Assembly: GCA_030704615.1 (NCBI GenBank) | Contig: CM060732.1 | Span: 43,772,001 to 43,836,000, forward strand | Direction: 5' to 3' | Length of the DNA: 64,000 nt | Origin: Takakia lepidozioides | Taxonomy: Eukaryota > Plantae > Bryophyta | Shown here: positions 63,674-64,000 of the stretch, piece after piece | Position numbering within the stretch: the first letter of the stretch is position 1 | Layout: every line of letters begins with the position of its first letter | Translations under genes and position numbers: made by a program | The notes under the pieces: model-generated | Databases searched by the model: none | The model's input: only the letters and a program-made list of their open reading frames with translations | Told to the model about the DNA's origin: nothing

Positions 63674-64000
63674 GTATACCAGCTGTGGCCTTGCCCTGCC
63701 TCTGCCTTGACATCTCGTGAAGCTAGCTGGCACAGAGAGGGAGAGAGTGTGAGAGAGAGCAACTTTTGATAAACCCACGCCAAAACAGCTGGTTGGTCAC
63801 ACAAACAAAGCACTAGAGAGTTTCTGACCTTAACTCAGCATAGTTTTCATATACAATTCACTTTTAACAGTTGACGGATGTTGGGCACTGTCTTGTCCTT
63901 TTTTGTTGTGGTCCAATTGAGTAACCTCTTCGATATCTGTCTTCATTTTGTTTGCGTCTACCATTTTCATGCACAATGCTTTTCCATTGTCAAAGGAATC

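Overview
Eukaryotic nuclear DNA from a land plant; gene content and repeat style suggest a bryophyte-grade lineage, but the species cannot be fixed from the sequence. Host genes: CCT5/TCP-1 epsilon (-), an intronless CTF18 (+), a TMEM214/DUF2359 gene (-), GID4 (-), a plastid-type WAT1/EamA transporter (+), an apparently decaying HOP2 (-) and the 5' part of FPG (+). Between and inside them are many mobile elements: a full-length chromodomain Ty3/gypsy element nested in a second LTR element, an RTE-X-like LINE family with a non-poly(A) 3' end, two tRNA-headed SINE families, several hAT elements, a CACTA MITE, a piggyBac-like element and a gypsy RT fragment. The most unusual observations: (1) a ~157-bp tandem array upstream of the hAT transposase in which each monomer looks like a mini-exon plus a complete spliceosomal intron; (2) a fungal (Dikarya-like) RNase HI pseudogene; (3) a LINE insertion whose target-site duplication copies a splice donor and is in frame with the host exon; (4) a structured RNA motif (CAGUAG/CGAAR) shared by six dispersed repeats. 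All calls were made by eye, without database searches, and exon boundaries are approximate.
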